Part shown: piece after piece, positions 8,537-12,753 of the stretch
How positions within the stretch are numbered: the first letter of the stretch is position 1
Layout of the letters: each line of letters begins with the position of its first letter
The notes under the pieces: model-generated
The model's database searches: none
Told to the model about the DNA's origin: nothing
What the model saw: the letters and a program-made list of their open reading frames with translations, nothing else
Source of the DNA: Candidatus Iainarchaeum sp.
GTDB taxonomy: Archaea; Iainarchaeota; Iainarchaeia; Iainarchaeales; Iainarchaeaceae
NCBI GenBank assembly: GCA_038895675.1
Contig: JAWANB010000029.1
Span: 1 to 12,753, forward strand
DNA: 12,753 nt
Direction of reading: 5' to 3'
Program-made: the position numbers and the translations under genes

Positions 8537-9091
8537 CTAAAACTCTTTTTTTGTATTTAAACCTTTTCTCAAAACTTCTTTCAAAAAGCCTAATATTTTT
8601 TTGGAATAAAAGAGCCACAAAGCATAAAAAACAAAAATTGAAAAGAACAAAAAAACCTTGAAAAAAAAGTCATGAGAAAAAAAGGCCACTTCAAGACCAA
8701 ACCAACTAATGACAAGTATGCTCAACACTATTCTGAAAGTATTAAAAATCAAAATAAAAACAACAGCCAAAAAAAGCCCTAATGCCTTTTCTAAAAAGTC
8801 CTTGGTTTTAGTAGCCAAAATAGAAGACCAAACAACAAACAACTCAAGCAAACCAGTGCACAAATAACTAAGCCAAATTTTTTCCTTGAAAATACTCAAA
8901 GACAACAGAACAGGTCTCTCAGAATAAATTTCTCCATAAACTCCAAAAAAAGAAAGAACAAACAAAGAAAGTTTAGCAAAAAACAAAGCAAAAAACTCAT
9001 AAGGGATTAAAGAAAACAAAAAACTAACTACAAAAAAAGAAACAAAAAAATAAAGCAAAAAACGTCCAGCTTCCAAAAAAGAACTACGCAT
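8537..9091 (-). CDS. Archaeosortase/exosortase family protein
   Basis: Polytopic membrane protein with LCTGL (Cys codon 8858-8860), FNTFRI (Arg 8732-8734) and SHD (His 8672-8674) in the order typical of the family. Start set at ATG 9091 (MRSSF..., 184 aa) because the longer GTG-9310 call overlaps the divergent gene. Confidence 0.85.
   Translation of the reverse strand: MRSSFLEAGRFLLYFFVSFFVVSFLFSLIPYEFFALFFAKLSLFVLSFFGVYGEIYSERPVLLSLSIFKEKIWLSYLCTGLLELFVVWSSILATKTKDFLEKALGLFLAVVFILIFNTFRIVLSILVISWFGLEVAFFSHDFFFKVFLFFSIFVFYALWLFYSKKILGFLKEVLRKGLNTKKEF
8554..8568 (-). promoter_or_regulatory. Consensus archaeal BRE/TATA promoter for the minus-strand pilin, inside the 3' end of the sortase gene
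   Basis: Minus strand reads GAAAAGG-TTTAAATA (8568 to 8554), ending 32 nt upstream of the pilin ATG at 8521. Confidence 0.7.
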
Positions 9092-9257
9092 TAAAAAAAA
9101 AACAACAACGAAATATAAAAAATCAAAGGGAGAATAAGCAAAATATTTAAATAAAAACAATACAAAAAAAAGACCTGAAAATACTTTAAGAGTAAAACAA
9201 CTACAACTCTTAAAAGTGAAAATTAATATAAAGAGCAAAAGAGCAATAAAATAAACT

Positions 9258-9270
9258 AAACATTTAAAAA
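9258..9270 (+). promoter_or_regulatory. Putative TATA box for the large surface protein gene
   Basis: TTTAAAAA at 9263-9270, 28 nt before ATG 9299; the region is very AT-rich, so specificity is low. Confidence 0.35.
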
Positions 9271-9298
9271 CAATTAAAATTATTACTAATGAGACAAA

Positions 9299-12200
9299 AT
9301 GAAAAAACACAACAACATTAAAATTATAATCATCTTGATTTCACTACTTTCACTACTAATAAAAGTAGCACCTGTTATTGCAGCATCAATAAGCCTTGAA
9401 GAAAGCTTTTCAGGAAGCGGTTCAGCAAGCTATTATCCTTATCCCACTACCGCACCTAACGATGGTTGCACTATAAGTAATGCAACTATTTCAGGAAAAG
9501 CTAACGCACAAATTACAATAAACGCCCAAGTAATAGATTCAATAAGTTGTGAAAAAAAAGAGCCAACGAAAGTAGAAGAATTTTCCTGTGGAACAATCGA
9601 GGAATGTGGAAGTACACCTGCTTGTTATAATCCACCACAATACGATTATTCAATAAAACAAACAGATAATACAAAAACTAATATATTGGCAGGCAAAGGA
9701 CCACAACAAGCATATTACATAGAAGGACAATCACAAAAATCAATATTAGAAAGACAAGGCAAAGTAAGTGGTGGCTATTATACAACATACGGGCCAGGCA
9801 TAGACCTAAGAGTAACAGGACAAGCATTAGGCGGAGGAATTATTAATAGCGTTGGAATTACTGCAGGAGTAGGCGACTTTTTAGGAGAATGGAAAGACCA
9901 AGGAGGGTCTGGTGCTCAACAATGCTTAGAAATACATGGAGGAACAGGCAGTCTTATTTTAGGAACACAAAATAATTCTGTGATAGGTCAAAACGTTTTT
10001 TCTGCTAGTTGGGCTACTGCTTTTGGCACAGATTCGCCACCGGAAAACGCAGGAGCCATAGATGCAGGAAACGGAGATAACACAACAATACAAAAAGTAA
10101 TTCAACCATACGTATTTTTAATAGGAGATTGCATACCCCCAACACAAATAAGCGATTATAGTTGCGGCACACCATTTTATTACATAGACGAAGAACCATC
10201 CGCAAATAAGGAAACAGTTGGAACTAGGTCATCAGTACAGATAGAAAAAGTTTGGCCAACAAAAGAAGATTATACTTGCGGGATACCTTATACAATAAAA
10301 TTTGTGTCGGCAGAAGACTATACAAAAGAAATACCTTCAACATTAGGACCAAGAAGTATAGAATGTGATAGCTCTGCAACACACGACGAACTTGAAGGCA
10401 TGCTTTGGGATTGTCCAAAAAGCACTATACCTACTGTGGACACAATTGATACAATAACACCATGGTATGATAACACTTGCAATTACCAAGTAATCGCATT
10501 TGAACCATACTATGTTTCAGACTCAGCAACATGCAACCAAGATTTATTGAGTTGGGCTAAAACTCTTAAAATAGGTTGGAGAAAAGTTACTTGTACACCA
10601 AACTTCAAACCAACAAACAGAACTCTTTATAGTTGCACAATTTCAGCAAACCCAAATGAAGGAAACGAAGGTCAAAACTTTACTTTTACAACACAAACAA
10701 CAAAAACAACTATAAATGATGGAATCCAAACAAATGAAACCATCACGCCTGAAAGCATAGAATGGATATTCTCTGATGGAACAACACAAACAACAACAAC
10801 GCCAACAATAAATCATGTATTCAAAATAGGAAACCAAAAATTGACAGGAACACAATACACTTCAGCAAAAGTAAAAATTGGAGAAAATTATGCCTATTGT
10901 AATACTAGTGTAAACATACGAGATAATTTGAAGGCAATATGTTATGGAACACCACAAATACAAACAATGGGAAAAACTCGTAACGAAAATGGAGTTGAAG
11001 TTAATGGGGCAAAAGTTGTTTGGACTGCAATTGCAAGTGGCGGAAACGGAAACTATACATACTATTGGAAGGATGGAGAGTTAGAACAACAGATAACAAA
11101 AATTTATACGACAAGCGGACAAAAAGAACAAACAGTAACAGTAACAGACACATCAACAATGAATAGCATAACAGCGACGTGCAATGTAATAATAAATCCT
11201 TTTATTCTCTACTGTGAAGCTGACAAAACAATAGCATCTCTTAACGAACCAATAACCTACAATGCTACAATAATACCATCCCAAACAACACCGTTAAACT
11301 TCCAATGGTACTTTGACGGAACATTAGACAACACCACAACAAGCTCAACAAAAACAAAAACTTATAGCACAATAGGCAAACATAATGCAAAAGTAAGCGT
11401 CAACTATGCGGGCAACAACTATGAAGCACAATGCCCAGAAGTGGAAATAAAAACAGACGCAACTGCACCAGAATGCACACTAACACCAACTCAAGCAATA
11501 GTAGGGCCTGGAATGAGCACACAAATAAATGCCCAATTCATTAACACAACAACAGACCCAGTACAAACAGCAAACGCAGATTGTGGAGACGGTGCAAACA
11601 TAACATGGATACAACAATGCCAAAACAACCAAGAATGCTCATTCACATGCTCAAACTACACGAGCAATGGAACAGTAACACTAAATGCAACAACCCAAAG
11701 CGGAAGACAATTACAATGCTCAACAAACATAACTTACAACCCAACACTAACATTAGGAGAACTCAAATGTGAATTTGGCGTACCGATAAAAAATGATAGA
11801 ATAAAATTAGCAAGATTTCCCTTAAATATTGAAAACGCCGATATCCCTTATTCCTTAACAGTAGATTATGATTCGCCAAACAATGACACGCAAACATTAT
11901 CAAATTTGTATGATATAACACAAAATTTGACTAAAAATTATGATCCTAATGACTCGAAAACAAATTATAATGTTGTTGCAACAGTAACAGATAATTTAGG
12001 AAGAACTGCAACGTGCGAAACAAGTGTTAGTTTTTCCCCTATACAAAACTGTGATAAAATTTGTACAAATAACGTTTTAGCGTGTAGTAGGATATATTAT
12101 GAAAAAACTTGCAATACACCAGGCTACTATTGCTGTGATTTAAAAACCCCACAACCAACTAAAAGTGGTGTTAAAGATAAACAATTTGTTAAAGTCGCTC

Positions 12201-12670
12201 TAAACTTAAGCAAAAAGTCATATAAAATAGGAGAAGACGTTGGAGTGGAAGGGGAAATAATTTTTGAAAGGTTTGAAAATATACAAAACCCAGAAACTAT
12301 ACCATACATGATAGAAATTTATAAGCCTGGAAAAATGTCAACTTATAAGGAAAATGGAACAGTAGTATTTCCGGCAAATATAAGTAAAGTAATAGTGAAA
12401 ACCATAAAGTGTACAGGTGAACTTTGCATACCAGAACCACACAAGTTAGAATTTAAGCAAGGAATAATAAAAGAAGGAACATATGAAATGGTTGTTGCTA
12501 TAACCAAAAAATATGATGAAGAAAAAATAACGTCAGATAATGCTGACAAACAAAATTTTATGGTTTACAAGGTAAAAACAGCAGAAGCGCCAGAAATACA
12601 TTTGATTCTAATAATTTTGACAACACTAATAGTAATAGGAATCATAAACAAAAAACACCTATTAACTTAG
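9299..12670 (+). CDS. Large secreted cell-surface glycoprotein/adhesin with tandem PKD/Ig-like modules and a C-terminal PEF-CTERM-like sorting signal
   Basis: Sec-type signal peptide (MKKHNNIKIIIILISLLSLLIKVAPVIAA); PKD-like motifs (IEWIFSDG, ASGGNGNYTYYW, FQWYFDG, YTTSGQKEQTVTVTD); about 20 N-x-S/T sequons by manual count; ends APEI-hydrophobic helix-NKKH. Confidence 0.88.
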   Translation: MKKHNNIKIIIILISLLSLLIKVAPVIAASISLEESFSGSGSASYYPYPTTAPNDGCTISNATISGKANAQITINAQVIDSISCEKKEPTKVEEFSCGTIEECGSTPACYNPPQYDYSIKQTDNTKTNILAGKGPQQAYYIEGQSQKSILERQGKVSGGYYTTYGPGIDLRVTGQALGGGIINSVGITAGVGDFLGEWKDQGGSGAQQCLEIHGGTGSLILGTQNNSVIGQNVFSASWATAFGTDSPPENAGAIDAGNGDNTTIQKVIQPYVFLIGDCIPPTQISDYSCGTPFYYIDEEPSANKETVGTRSSVQIEKVWPTKEDYTCGIPYTIKFVSAEDYTKEIPSTLGPRSIECDSSATHDELEGMLWDCPKSTIPTVDTIDTITPWYDNTCNYQVIAFEPYYVSDSATCNQDLLSWAKTLKIGWRKVTCTPNFKPTNRTLYSCTISANPNEGNEGQNFTFTTQTTKTTINDGIQTNETITPESIEWIFSDGTTQTTTTPTINHVFKIGNQKLTGTQYTSAKVKIGENYAYCNTSVNIRDNLKAICYGTPQIQTMGKTRNENGVEVNGAKVVWTAIASGGNGNYTYYWKDGELEQQITKIYTTSGQKEQTVTVTDTSTMNSITATCNVIINPFILYCEADKTIASLNEPITYNATIIPSQTTPLNFQWYFDGTLDNTTTSSTKTKTYSTIGKHNAKVSVNYAGNNYEAQCPEVEIKTDATAPECTLTPTQAIVGPGMSTQINAQFINTTTDPVQTANADCGDGANITWIQQCQNNQECSFTCSNYTSNGTVTLNATTQSGRQLQCSTNITYNPTLTLGELKCEFGVPIKNDRIKLARFPLNIENADIPYSLTVDYDSPNNDTQTLSNLYDITQNLTKNYDPNDSKTNYNVVATVTDNLGRTATCETSVSFSPIQNCDKICTNNVLACSRIYYEKTCNTPGYYCCDLKTPQPTKSGVKDKQFVKVALNLSKKSYKIGEDVGVEGEIIFERFENIQNPETIPYMIEIYKPGKMSTYKENGTVVFPANISKVIVKTIKCTGELCIPEPHKLEFKQGIIKEGTYEMVVAITKKYDEEKITSDNADKQNFMVYKVKTAEAPEIHLILIILTTLIVIGIINKKHLLT
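12587..12670 (+). other. Tripartite C-terminal sorting signal (APEI motif, TM helix, basic tail)
   Basis: TAE-APEI-HLILIILTTLIVIGII-NKKHLLT; same architecture as PEF-CTERM/PEP-CTERM/PGF-CTERM signals. Confidence 0.75.
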
Positions 12671-12727
12671 TATAGTTAATACAATAGAAAGTGTTTTATT
12701 TACAATTAAACAAAATATAATACTAAA

Positions 12728-12753
12728 ATGCCATTCACAAAAAACTTTTTGGC
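12728..12753 (+). CDS. Possible start of the next gene (MPFTKNFL...), truncated by the window end
   Basis: ATG at 12728 is open to the edge and preceded by GAAAGTG-TTTTATTTA (12687-12702) at promoter-like spacing. Confidence 0.3.

Noticed and set aside
9092..9310. 73-codon N-terminal extension of the sortase ORF
   Set aside because: Overlaps the divergent gene start and leaves no promoter space; low-complexity T-rich sequence stays open easily. Not fully excluded.
11221..11760. Diversity-generating retroelement template (AAC-rich stretch)
   Set aside because: No reverse transcriptase and no second near-identical copy differing at adenines in the window.
10014..12549. Short overlapping ORFs inside the large surface protein gene
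   Set aside because: Shadow ORFs with no motifs or translation signals.
12660..12681. Inverted repeat TATTAACT-N6-AGTTAATA over the adhesin stop codon
   Set aside because: Short, AT-rich and without an adjacent T-tract; too weak to call a terminator or operator.

Overview
AT-rich archaeal window (BRE/TATA promoters, GGTGA-type ribosome-binding site, class III signal peptides; probably a DPANN lineage, which is inference) encoding a cell-surface/attachment locus. On the + strand: a 5'-truncated membrane protein, a membrane-anchored Lys/Glu-rich protein, an acidic protein with a C-terminal 8-Cys zinc finger, a 755-aa type IV pilus secretion ATPase, a large TadC/ArlJ-like platform protein and a class III pilin. 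Converging on the - strand are a second, paralogous pilin and an archaeosortase/exosortase-family gene with the Cys/Arg/His motifs. Divergent from the sortase is a 1123-aa secreted, Cys- and sequon-rich protein with tandem PKD/Ig-like modules and a C-terminal APEI-TM-basic tail resembling PEF-CTERM, i.e. its probable substrate. The most interesting feature is this sortase/substrate pair physically linked to a type IV pilus operon. No RNA genes, CRISPR arrays or mobile elements were recognised.
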